DNA of 64,000 nt, taken from positions 9,268 to 73,267 of IMG/VR virus record IMGVR_UViG_3300042306_000227. The stretch is one strand, 5' to 3'. Below are positions 9,610 to 18,789 of the stretch, one piece after another. Below the pieces are notes generated by a model. It saw only the letters and a program-made list of their open reading frames with translations. It searched no databases and was not told the DNA's origin. The translations under genes were made by a program, and so were the position numbers. Every line of letters starts with the position of its first letter. Position 1 is the first letter of the stretch. Source of the DNA: a virus.

Positions 9610-10536
9610 ATGGCACTATCAAAAACCAAAAAGGTTTTGGATGAGAATGGCGATATTATTGACCAATCTGAACCAACAACCGAACAGGCTTTATCTGCAG
9701 TCGCAGTAGAAGAAGCCCCAATCGTAAAGAAAAAAGAAGTAAAAAAGGAAGAACCTAAGACTTATGTTTTTAGGTTAATTACAAACGCCTCTCCAAGTGA
9801 CAAGCGTCAATTTCCTCCTCGTTTCATGGTAGCAAACACAGATATTGTGTACGACAGTGAAACTGGTATGAAAAGAGCTGTAAGATACTTGCCTGGCGTA
9901 AACACATTATGGGCTGATGAGCAAGACTCTTTGCCTGAGAATGTTGTAAACAAAAGGCCTAATATCGGATTTATGGATGGATACATGTATGTACCATCTT
10001 CTGATACTATGCTTGTTAAGTTCTTGACTATTAGCAATAGATGCATTAATAACGAGAACAGAGACGAAAATGTTCAACCAACTTACGAGTTGATGAACTT
10101 TGAGGCTATGAGCAAGAAGAAAATAGAATCAGTTAAAACTAAGCATGAGGCTATGAAAGTAGCGCTTTCTGCATCTGATGAAACAATGATGGAGCATGCT
10201 GAATACTTAGGTATTACAAGTATTAATGCTCAGGGTATTGAAAAGGATGAAGATGAGATTCGTGTAGAATACGTAGCTGTAGCTGAAAATAAGCCAGATG
10301 TATTTTTGAAATCATACAATAATCCTACAACAAAAGCGTTTGCATTGATTAAGAGAGCTTTTGCTATCGGTAAAATCACAGAGTCTATTGTTTTAGGTCA
10401 GGTTCATTGGGCTGAGACTCGTTCTCTAATAGCTACAATACCTTCTGGAATTAGCACAATTGACCATTTGGTTAAGTTCTGTTTCAAGGAAGGGGATGGA
10501 CAAAGATTCTACGATAGACTAAAGTCTGAAAAATAG
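9610..10536 (+). CDS. Conserved head-region protein (function uncertain)
   Basis: 308 aa with own promoter (TATCTTTG 9586-93) and terminator. Confidence 0.7.
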   Translation: MALSKTKKVLDENGDIIDQSEPTTEQALSAVAVEEAPIVKKKEVKKEEPKTYVFRLITNASPSDKRQFPPRFMVANTDIVYDSETGMKRAVRYLPGVNTLWADEQDSLPENVVNKRPNIGFMDGYMYVPSSDTMLVKFLTISNRCINNENRDENVQPTYELMNFEAMSKKKIESVKTKHEAMKVALSASDETMMEHAEYLGITSINAQGIEKDEDEIRVEYVAVAENKPDVFLKSYNNPTTKAFALIKRAFAIGKITESIVLGQVHWAETRSLIATIPSGISTIDHLVKFCFKEGDGQRFYDRLKSEK

Positions 10537-10563
10537 TTTCTTAGGTTTTGTTAGTAAATATTA

Positions 10564-10591
10564 AGGAGGTGCTGTAATTAGCACCTCTTTT
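10564..10591 (+). terminator. Intrinsic terminator
   Basis: GAGGTGCT-gtaatt-AGCACCTC-TTTT. Confidence 0.8.
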
Positions 10592-10617
10592 ATTTAAAAT
10601 GCGTAATTTTGTAACAA

Positions 10618-11253
10618 ATGGCTACAACTCAACAATTATACGACAGCGCCCAGTTCTTGATTAACAAGTACGATGGGTCATTCATGGACAATCAGGAGTT
10701 CTTACAGGCATACAATATGGCTGCTTTAGACTACTACAATTTCCTAACAGATAAGGCATTTGCTCAAATGAGTCAGATGGGTATCTACAATACTCCTACG
10801 AACTCTGATTATTATATAACTGAAGCCTTGTCTCCATTTGTGATTGACGAACTATCTTTAGCTTCTCCTTATGCTAAACCAGCAAATTTTGGGAGAATAA
10901 TATACTTAAGAGTTGCTTATAGTTCTGGAACTCAAGCAGCTTCAGTATTTGCGCAAAGAATTGATTTAACTGAGCTTGATAGCAAGTTAAACTCATCTAT
11001 AGACACGCCTATTGTAACAGAACCTATCTTTACAGAGACAACTAATAACTTTAAGATATACCCAGCAGGGCAAACTGGTGTTTGGTTAAGCTATTACAAG
11101 AGACCAGCTGTTTATACTACGGTTGACTCTACAGCAGTAGAGTGGAACGATACAGAAGTAAATCAAGTATTATTTAGAACTATAGGATACTTAGGAATTA
11201 ATTTAAAAGACCCTAGTATCATACAATTCGGAAACATTAAAAAGAATGATTAA
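10618..11253 (+). CDS. Head-tail adaptor / tail ring protein 1
   Basis: FKIYP..LSYYKRP pattern typical of podoviral adaptor rings; position. Confidence 0.65.
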   Translation: MATTQQLYDSAQFLINKYDGSFMDNQEFLQAYNMAALDYYNFLTDKAFAQMSQMGIYNTPTNSDYYITEALSPFVIDELSLASPYAKPANFGRIIYLRVAYSSGTQAASVFAQRIDLTELDSKLNSSIDTPIVTEPIFTETTNNFKIYPAGQTGVWLSYYKRPAVYTTVDSTAVEWNDTEVNQVLFRTIGYLGINLKDPSIIQFGNIKKND

Positions 11254-11843
11254 TGACAAGGAATCAGGCGATAGAGTTAATTAAAAGAACGCACTACGGT
11301 GGGCTTGTTCCTGTTGACGCATCTCACTCAGACAGAGAAGTTAATCTTATGTTAAACATTGGTATTTCTGTGGCTGCTATTCGTAACTACAGAGAAAGCG
11401 TAAATGTAAGCAATGAAGAGTTTATTGGAGATGCATTTTATGTTACATTAAGCAATTTAGCTATTGATTCTAATAACGAAGTTGAAACAAGCTATACTCC
11501 AATTGGATTAAGCGTTGGTATGGTTATCTCTGGTTTATCTGTATCTGGTTTAGAAAAACAGCCTATACCAATTGAAGGAAAAGATGTGTTCTTATGGGAT
11601 GAACTTCCTATGGAGAAAGGTAGAGCTGGGTATCACATTAACGGAAGTAAGATTAAGTTCTTGTCAAAAATACCACTAACATCAAAAACTGTTAGCGTAA
11701 GAATGGCTGGTGTGCCAGATACAAATGATTTAAACAGCGAGTTGAATATACCTTCAGACCAATTATCAGTTGCAATGGAGTATGTAATTAGCTTACTAGA
11801 TAAAAGAAGACAAGAAGATATTGCATCAAGAACAGCAAAATAA
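11253..11843 (+). CDS. Tail ring protein 2
   Basis: TAATG coupling; GYHINGSKIKF..LNIPSD adaptor-like layout. Confidence 0.55.
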   Translation: MTRNQAIELIKRTHYGGLVPVDASHSDREVNLMLNIGISVAAIRNYRESVNVSNEEFIGDAFYVTLSNLAIDSNNEVETSYTPIGLSVGMVISGLSVSGLEKQPIPIEGKDVFLWDELPMEKGRAGYHINGSKIKFLSKIPLTSKTVSVRMAGVPDTNDLNSELNIPSDQLSVAMEYVISLLDKRRQEDIASRTAK

Positions 11844-11849
11844 TAGAAA

Positions 11850-12584
11850 ATGAAATTATCTAAAATAATATACGAATACATAAACCAAGCTGGGCATACA
11901 AATGCTCACTACAGAAGGCTTTATAGTATCGGTGTTCGTGGAGTTAAAGAAGCTGAACTTGATGTGCTTGGTGATGCTAAAGTTACAAGAGTATCTGTAT
12001 TGCCTAATAAAACAGCTAAGTTACCAGATGACTGTCTTAATGTGCTTAACATAGGCGTAGAGAATGGTCTTGGTCAATTAGCTGTTCTAAAGAAAGACCC
12101 AACAATGACTGGGTATAGAAAAGAAAGTGATTTAAGATTAGAACAAGACTTTGGTAAAGTAGCGGTTGATACGACTAGAATAAGAGACTTTGCATATATC
12201 AATGCAATGGAAGGTTCTGCATCTTATAAGGCTTTTGGCGCTTATGATAAAACTAGCTTTGTTGGTTCTTATAAAATAGAAGACGGATTTATTATATTGA
12301 ATCCAGAGTTTGGATATGACTACTTATTAGTAGAAGGTATTATGTCTGTTGACGAAACAGATGTAGATGTAGAACCGATTGCAGAAGAGACTATTATTGC
12401 TTATCTTGCATGGAAGGATGCGCAATATATGCCTACAGGAAGAAAGATGAATTTATCAGAGAAGGCTATGAGAAAAACTGAGTTTTATAATCAAAAGAGA
12501 TTATTAAAGGCTAGAGTTATGAAAGTATTGCCATCTGATGCGAGAAGCGTTACATTTGACAGCGAAAAGCTTATAGTAAAATAA
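11850..12584 (+). CDS. Tail ring / tubular protein 3
   Basis: AKLPDDCLNV..EETIIAYLAW pattern of crAss-like/podoviral ring proteins. Confidence 0.55.
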   Translation: MKLSKIIYEYINQAGHTNAHYRRLYSIGVRGVKEAELDVLGDAKVTRVSVLPNKTAKLPDDCLNVLNIGVENGLGQLAVLKKDPTMTGYRKESDLRLEQDFGKVAVDTTRIRDFAYINAMEGSASYKAFGAYDKTSFVGSYKIEDGFIILNPEFGYDYLLVEGIMSVDETDVDVEPIAEETIIAYLAWKDAQYMPTGRKMNLSEKAMRKTEFYNQKRLLKARVMKVLPSDARSVTFDSEKLIVK

Positions 12585-12585
12585 T

Positions 12586-15500
12586 ATGGCTCAATTTCAA
12601 CAGACTAAGGTTATAGAAGGAGGCTTGAACTCCGATTTAGATAAGGTAGAATTTTTACCGTCAGGTGATTTTATTGATGCTAAAAACATCACCACACATG
12701 GTGGAATAAATAATATTATTGGTAATAGTCAAATCCAATTAAAGGATACAGATGGTACCACAAACTTTACCTTAACTACATCTCACACAATTGTAGGTTC
12801 TGTTCTTAACTCTTTAAGAGATTCTGTTCTATACCTTATTGCACATGCTACAGGCAACCATTTATTGGTTGAGTACAAGCAACAGACCAATACGGCTAAG
12901 ATATTAGTAAAATGTGGAACTGGTGGCAATGCTGAGTCTGGTGCACTTAACTTATCAGAATCAGTTCAAAGCCATAATGTTAGAATTATAAATAGAGCAG
13001 ATACAGCCGAAGAGGGGGACTTATTATTCTGGTTGGATAAAGATTACATTCCAAGAAAGATAAACCTTAGAAAGGCTTCTAATGGAGGATATGGTGCAAC
13101 TATACCTGCGGAATATACAACCGTTATTAAAAAAGCACCTTTATACGCTCCTTTGAGTGTAAATTTAATAAAGTCTACTACTGGAAGTCTAAATACTCAA
13201 AGTAAGATTTATCAGTTTGCATATAGATATATTTACGATGACTATGAAAAGTCTGTATTTTCTCCTATATCAAACGCACTGATTCCTTATTATATTTTTA
13301 ATGAAACAAATATTATACCTACAGATAATGCAACTGCATACAATTCTGTGTCTATGGTATTAAAGTCTGGAGCTGGAAATGTTAAAAATATTGAAATTAT
13401 ATACAGAGAATTTTCTGATGGCATATGGAGCAACTTCTATAGTATAGACACTATAGCATCTAGCACAGGTGATATTACATACGTATTTACTGGAACTGGT
13501 CAAAAGATTCCATTAGATAATTCAGAGGCCCCAGATGTACTTCAATTTGACTATGTTCCAAATACTGCAAGAGCTCAAGAAATTGTAAATGGTAATGTTA
13601 TAGCTTATGGAAACTTTACAGAAGGATATGATAAGACTGCTATTAATGGCACGGCTGCATTGTATTCGGATACTTACCTTGGTACAAACTCAATGTTTTC
13701 AACTGGGGTTGTATTAAACAAGGCTTCAAATATGTTCTTAAGCCCAGGTGGCAAGTATAAAATTGGAGTTGTTTACATGGATGAATATGGTAGAAATGCT
13801 GGTGTATTTACAAAACCAGAGTTTATTGTAGATGTGCCACACGAGCAATGGGATTTAGGGGCTGGTAATAATGTTAGAAAAACACATCTTCCATCTCTTG
13901 CAATTTCAACAGCTGCACCATCTTGGGCTAAGTTTTTTAGACTTGCTATTACAGATGATAATAACTACGAATCTGAAATAATAACAGATATAATTGATTT
14001 TAAGTACGCTTCAGTGTCTTCTACAGCTGGAGAGACTTGTTCTTTATCAAATATAACATTCCCTGCTGCTCCAAATAGCGGCCCAGATAGTTCTTTAATA
14101 ACCTACTTACCTTATAGCGGAAGTAATACATTGAAATTAACTTACAATAATTGTGATACAAATGCTTCTACTACATTGTATTATCCAAATAGCAGTACAT
14201 CATTTGTAGCAAGATATAGAAATAAATTAATCTCAGACCCTACTAGATTCTTGTTTGAATATAAAAAGATAGCTGCTGCTGTTCTAGGAACTCATTATAC
14301 AGTAACAGTTAATTCAGCTGGGAGTGGTGGTGGAACGATACCAGCAACAGATTTTCAGTATGTAACCGCTTCTGGCCAAACTGCAACAATTAGATATGTA
14401 GGTACTACAGTTGTTTCTAATATTAGTTTTAATATAGCATTTAATACAGCATTTGGAAGAGTACCATCAACTGGGAATTTTACATACACAATAGCAGGCC
14501 CATTATCACAAAATGATACTTTTACAGTGACAATGTATGCATCTAGTGCAACTGTAACTGGAGCATTTTTCTTTACTTCATCTTATGGTGCAACACAACC
14601 TAATATTACAATAACAAATAGTACAACATCTGATTTATTTGCTTATGTAAATAGTACTAAATATACTATTGCTGGAAGCGGAACACTAACAACTGATGTG
14701 CCTTCAGGTTATACTGTAAGCGCATTTAGATATAATACAGTAACTGGTTCTGCTACTAATGCAGACATTACAGTATCTGTTTCTGACTCAGGGATACTTC
14801 CTGGTTCTGGTGCAATTATACCAAAGCAATTAATAGCTAGGGTGTCAAATATGGGTTATACTTTTGAAAATGGTGATTATGTATCTTTTGTATACGATTA
14901 CTATAAGGATAAACAAACAAGTGGTCAATACTTAGGCAAAGGTGTAAACAACAGCGTGTTTAGAATTATAGACCAATTACTAGACCCAGATTTTATTGAA
15001 TCTAATGGTACGACTTCTACATTAGAAGGCTCTTGGATACAATTAGAAGAAACAGCTAAATCGTTTTTAGATACAAGTGGTGATACATCTGGTACACCTC
15101 AAATTATAGGTTTAAAGGCTAGGATATTAAGACAAAAGAAAACATCTTCAATAAGCGCAGGTGGTGATGTATTCTATGAAATACCATTAACTTACGCAAC
15201 AGCTGCATACACATTGGATTCAGTTATACAAATGGATTCAGCAGGGGATTGTGTATACAAGTCTGATTATGTTATATTAGAAGGGGAGGGAGCAGCTGGT
15301 TCTGCTACTGAAGTTGGAGGAAAGAATGATACCGTTCAAAGGGTATTCTATAGTTCAGTCCCTACTAAAAGTTATTTAATATCACAAGATAAGGGCTCGC
15401 CTTTATTCTTAGCTAAGATTAATAAACATGGAAGGCCATCTATAGAAGATAGACAAGCTAGACAAAGAACATTCCCTGGAACTATTAGATGGTCTCAGAA

Positions 15501-16479
15501 CTTAGAATTTAATAGTAACATTAATGGTCTTAATAGATTCTTATACTTAGACTTTAAAGATTTAGATGCTTCATTTGGTGCTATCAAAAGGTTATCTGTA
15601 AGAGACAGAATGCTGAGAGTGTACCAAGAAGACAAAGTGGGTATGTTACCTGTGTATCAGTCAATCATAACTAATGCTAGTGGTGGTACAGACTTAACAC
15701 TATCTACTGAGCTATTTAATAATGTTCAATACTACTCTGGTAACTACTCAATAGGTAATGCCACAGGAAGCCTTATTTCAGACTCATATGCGGACTATTT
15801 CGTAGATGACATAAGAAAGGCTATCTGTAGACTTGGACAGGAAGGAATCACTCCTATTACGGTTACAAACAATATGAATAAGTGGGCTACATCAAATATT
15901 AAAGATGATGCAACTTATACTGCTGGTTATGATGCTGAAAATAGATTAGCTATCTTCTCTTCTGTAAAAGGTGCTGATACATTTACAATAGCTTTCTCAG
16001 AAAGGAAAGACAGATTTGAATCATTCTATACATACTATCCAAAGTCAATCATATCTCTAAACAATAAGTTGATTACAACAAATGATAGAGGTGGATTCTG
16101 GATTCATTCTAGTGCTGTTCCAAGATGTAATTTCTATGGCACACAGCAAAACACAAGCATAAGAATTGTGTTGAATGAGAGTCCTATGACCAAAAAAATA
16201 TTTATGACTATGACTCAGATAGGTAACTATCATTGGAACGCTAGCTTAGTAAGAGGCTCTGCAAACACAGTTGACTCATCTATCCCATCGTCTTTCTTTA
16301 GAAAGCAGGAAGGATTTTATAACGCTCCTTTCTTAAGAGATGGAGGAATTGCAACACCAACAGTAGGCAGACCAATACGTGGTAATTCATGTGTAGTAGA
16401 ATTAACTTCTCCGACACCTAGTAATTACGTAACTTTGCTTATGTTAAAATACACATATAACGAATCTAAAATAAATTAA
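12586..16479 (+). CDS. Tail nozzle/stabilisation protein (P22 gp10 / crAss muzzle-like)
   Basis: N-terminal GGLNSDLD..GDFIDAKN; YQFAYRYIYDDYEKSVFSP; C-terminal propeller-like YFVDD..ICRLGQEGITPI. Confidence 0.75.
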   Translation: MAQFQQTKVIEGGLNSDLDKVEFLPSGDFIDAKNITTHGGINNIIGNSQIQLKDTDGTTNFTLTTSHTIVGSVLNSLRDSVLYLIAHATGNHLLVEYKQQTNTAKILVKCGTGGNAESGALNLSESVQSHNVRIINRADTAEEGDLLFWLDKDYIPRKINLRKASNGGYGATIPAEYTTVIKKAPLYAPLSVNLIKSTTGSLNTQSKIYQFAYRYIYDDYEKSVFSPISNALIPYYIFNETNIIPTDNATAYNSVSMVLKSGAGNVKNIEIIYREFSDGIWSNFYSIDTIASSTGDITYVFTGTGQKIPLDNSEAPDVLQFDYVPNTARAQEIVNGNVIAYGNFTEGYDKTAINGTAALYSDTYLGTNSMFSTGVVLNKASNMFLSPGGKYKIGVVYMDEYGRNAGVFTKPEFIVDVPHEQWDLGAGNNVRKTHLPSLAISTAAPSWAKFFRLAITDDNNYESEIITDIIDFKYASVSSTAGETCSLSNITFPAAPNSGPDSSLITYLPYSGSNTLKLTYNNCDTNASTTLYYPNSSTSFVARYRNKLISDPTRFLFEYKKIAAAVLGTHYTVTVNSAGSGGGTIPATDFQYVTASGQTATIRYVGTTVVSNISFNIAFNTAFGRVPSTGNFTYTIAGPLSQNDTFTVTMYASSATVTGAFFFTSSYGATQPNITITNSTTSDLFAYVNSTKYTIAGSGTLTTDVPSGYTVSAFRYNTVTGSATNADITVSVSDSGILPGSGAIIPKQLIARVSNMGYTFENGDYVSFVYDYYKDKQTSGQYLGKGVNNSVFRIIDQLLDPDFIESNGTTSTLEGSWIQLEETAKSFLDTSGDTSGTPQIIGLKARILRQKKTSSISAGGDVFYEIPLTYATAAYTLDSVIQMDSAGDCVYKSDYVILEGEGAAGSATEVGGKNDTVQRVFYSSVPTKSYLISQDKGSPLFLAKINKHGRPSIEDRQARQRTFPGTIRWSQNLEFNSNINGLNRFLYLDFKDLDASFGAIKRLSVRDRMLRVYQEDKVGMLPVYQSIITNASGGTDLTLSTELFNNVQYYSGNYSIGNATGSLISDSYADYFVDDIRKAICRLGQEGITPITVTNNMNKWATSNIKDDATYTAGYDAENRLAIFSSVKGADTFTIAFSERKDRFESFYTYYPKSIISLNNKLITTNDRGGFWIHSSAVPRCNFYGTQQNTSIRIVLNESPMTKKIFMTMTQIGNYHWNASLVRGSANTVDSSIPSSFFRKQEGFYNAPFLRDGGIATPTVGRPIRGNSCVVELTSPTPSNYVTLLMLKYTYNESKIN

Positions 16480-16480
16480 C

Positions 16481-17461
16481 ATGATTGGTCAATTAATAGG
16501 TGCTGGCTTAAGCGCAATAGGTGGTATAGCTGGAGTAATAGGAGGCGGTAAAGCTGCTAAAAGAGCTAAGGCAGAAATGGATAGACTTGGGTCTATGGAG
16601 CCACAGGCTGAAACTGATGCGTTCTATGCCCAAAACGTAGCTGCTGCTGGACAAGCTGGACAAGAGCAAATGAAATATGCAAACCAATTGGCTGGTATGG
16701 GTACTGCTTTTTCTAAAGATATAGCAGCTCAACAATCTCAATTTGGTCAACAATATCAAGCAGGTGCAGAAAAAGCTGCAAGAGGAACAGAAAGATTGGG
16801 CCAAATGGCATTCCAAAGAGGACTAGGGGCGGCTGGTGTAATGGGGATGGATGCGCTTGCGCAAACAGGTGCTACAGCAATGAGAAGTGCTTCTGATAGA
16901 AGAATGGGAGCTGGCATGGCAGGAGCATTAGCAAGAAATCAAATGCAAGGAATTAATCAATTAGTTGGTCAAGGATATCAAGCTCAAACTCAAGGATTAG
17001 GAGCTTTAATGAGTTCTCAGCAAGCGGCAGCTAATATGAGACAACAAGCACTTGGAACTGTTTATCAAACAGGACTTCAAGCTAAGCAATTAGGATTTGG
17101 AGCAGAAACTGCTGGTGTTCAAGGTCAACAACAAGCTGGTCTTACTGGATTCCAATTAGGCTCTCAAGCTGGATTGCAAATGGCTGGAGCAAACGAAAGA
17201 ACAAACCAAGCAAAATGGGAATCATGGGCTAATAAATACCAAGGAGCAAGAGGAGACTTAGCAGCAGCAAACGCACAAAAATCTGCTGGGTGGGGAGCAA
17301 TAGCAGGTGCAGCTGGTTCTGCATTAGGAAGTGGGATATTAGGTGGGTTAGGAGGAGCTGCAAAATCGGCTTCATCTGCTGCATCTGGATTAAACTTAAA
17401 TAGCTTTGCAAGCGGACAGAATCCTGCTGCATTCGGTACTAACTTTATGAAATTCAAATAA
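16481..17461 (+). CDS. Internal virion (ejection) protein, Gly/Ala/Gln-rich
   Basis: Hydrophobic Gly-rich termini with a Gln/Ala coiled middle, as in P22 gp7-type proteins; promoter TAACTTTG 16430-37. Confidence 0.7.
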   Translation: MIGQLIGAGLSAIGGIAGVIGGGKAAKRAKAEMDRLGSMEPQAETDAFYAQNVAAAGQAGQEQMKYANQLAGMGTAFSKDIAAQQSQFGQQYQAGAEKAARGTERLGQMAFQRGLGAAGVMGMDALAQTGATAMRSASDRRMGAGMAGALARNQMQGINQLVGQGYQAQTQGLGALMSSQQAAANMRQQALGTVYQTGLQAKQLGFGAETAGVQGQQQAGLTGFQLGSQAGLQMAGANERTNQAKWESWANKYQGARGDLAAANAQKSAGWGAIAGAAGSALGSGILGGLGGAAKSASSAASGLNLNSFASGQNPAAFGTNFMKFK

Positions 17462-17462
17462 T

Positions 17463-18746
17463 ATGAGTAGAAGACTTGAAAATATACAAACTGGTTTTGT
17501 TGACTATGGCAAAGCAGCAGAAAATCTTAACCAAAACTTTTTGCAGGCTACTAAAATACGATTTGAAGAAGATGATAGGCAAAGACGTATTCAGCAAGAA
17601 GAAGACGCTAGATTAGCTTCTGGTGCACAGTTGTATGCAGGATGGATGGATGAGGTTGATAAGATGGAAAATGGGCTAGATGAAACTTCTAGACTAAAGC
17701 TTGTAGAAAGATTTAATGAAGTAAAGTCAGGATATAGAGGTTTGCAAGAGGCTATTAGCAAAGGAGTTAAGGTTGGTACTCCTCAATACTATGAATTATA
17801 TAATCAGATTAATACAAAGAAAAAATCAGTACTAGAACAAATAGGCGTTATTAAGCAAATAAATGAATCTATTGATTCTGTTGTAAAAAATAGAGCTGCT
17901 GGATTAATAACAAGACCAGAGGTAGAATCTAGAATAAAGACACTAAAGGATTCAGTATTAAATGGAGAATGGAAACCTTCTATGGGCTTGATTACCCCAC
18001 AGGAGGTAGCAATGAGTTCATATAAGCCAGCTCAATCTTTATTTAATTCTATATCTAATTCTATTAAACCTAGAGAAATACAAGATGCAGACTATGACTC
18101 TAGCGGTAAAAAAATAAAAACAACTACTAGACTTGTACCAGGTTTAAGTGAGACACTATCTTCTGTTCAAAGCGTATTAGATAATTCAGCTCAAAGAGAT
18201 ATTTTAGATGTGCCTGTTCAGTTAAATGAATGGAAGTCTAAAAATCCAGAAGAATCAGAAAGATATAAGATATACTTAACTTATATGAATAGTGATGTTG
18301 CAAAAACTGACGAGAGGTACAACGATATTGGTATAAAAACTCCAGAAGAATTTAATGAGTATGATTACACTTTTATGGAGGTAATAGCTAAAAAGTATAG
18401 ACCAAATGCAAAAGAAATAGAGCGTATGGCTCCAAAAGGTTCAGGAAAAGGAAGTATCTCAAAAGAGACTCAAATGAAACTTGATACCATGTTTGATAAT
18501 ATATGGTCTGGAGATGCACAAAAAAGATTAGCAGAAATACAGAGAGTTACTGGAGCATTACAGACAGTAGGATGGAAGGTGACAATGAATGGTAATGTTA
18601 TGACAGCAACTAAAGGAGGAAATAAATTAAGTCCATTTGCTAAGACTGTAACATACAATATAGATTTTTCTCAAAAGAATCCTCAGAATGTATCAGCTAC
18701 TCAGGCAATGCTAAAAGATTATGGGGCTCAAGTGCAGGGATTTTAA
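17463..18746 (+). CDS. Internal virion (ejection) protein 2
   Basis: Helical 427 aa between the small and giant ejection genes. Confidence 0.55.
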   Translation: MSRRLENIQTGFVDYGKAAENLNQNFLQATKIRFEEDDRQRRIQQEEDARLASGAQLYAGWMDEVDKMENGLDETSRLKLVERFNEVKSGYRGLQEAISKGVKVGTPQYYELYNQINTKKKSVLEQIGVIKQINESIDSVVKNRAAGLITRPEVESRIKTLKDSVLNGEWKPSMGLITPQEVAMSSYKPAQSLFNSISNSIKPREIQDADYDSSGKKIKTTTRLVPGLSETLSSVQSVLDNSAQRDILDVPVQLNEWKSKNPEESERYKIYLTYMNSDVAKTDERYNDIGIKTPEEFNEYDYTFMEVIAKKYRPNAKEIERMAPKGSGKGSISKETQMKLDTMFDNIWSGDAQKRLAEIQRVTGALQTVGWKVTMNGNVMTATKGGNKLSPFAKTVTYNIDFSQKNPQNVSATQAMLKDYGAQVQGF

Positions 18747-18789
18747 AATCATCAAAATAAAAACATAACTTTGCTTATATACCAAGGTT

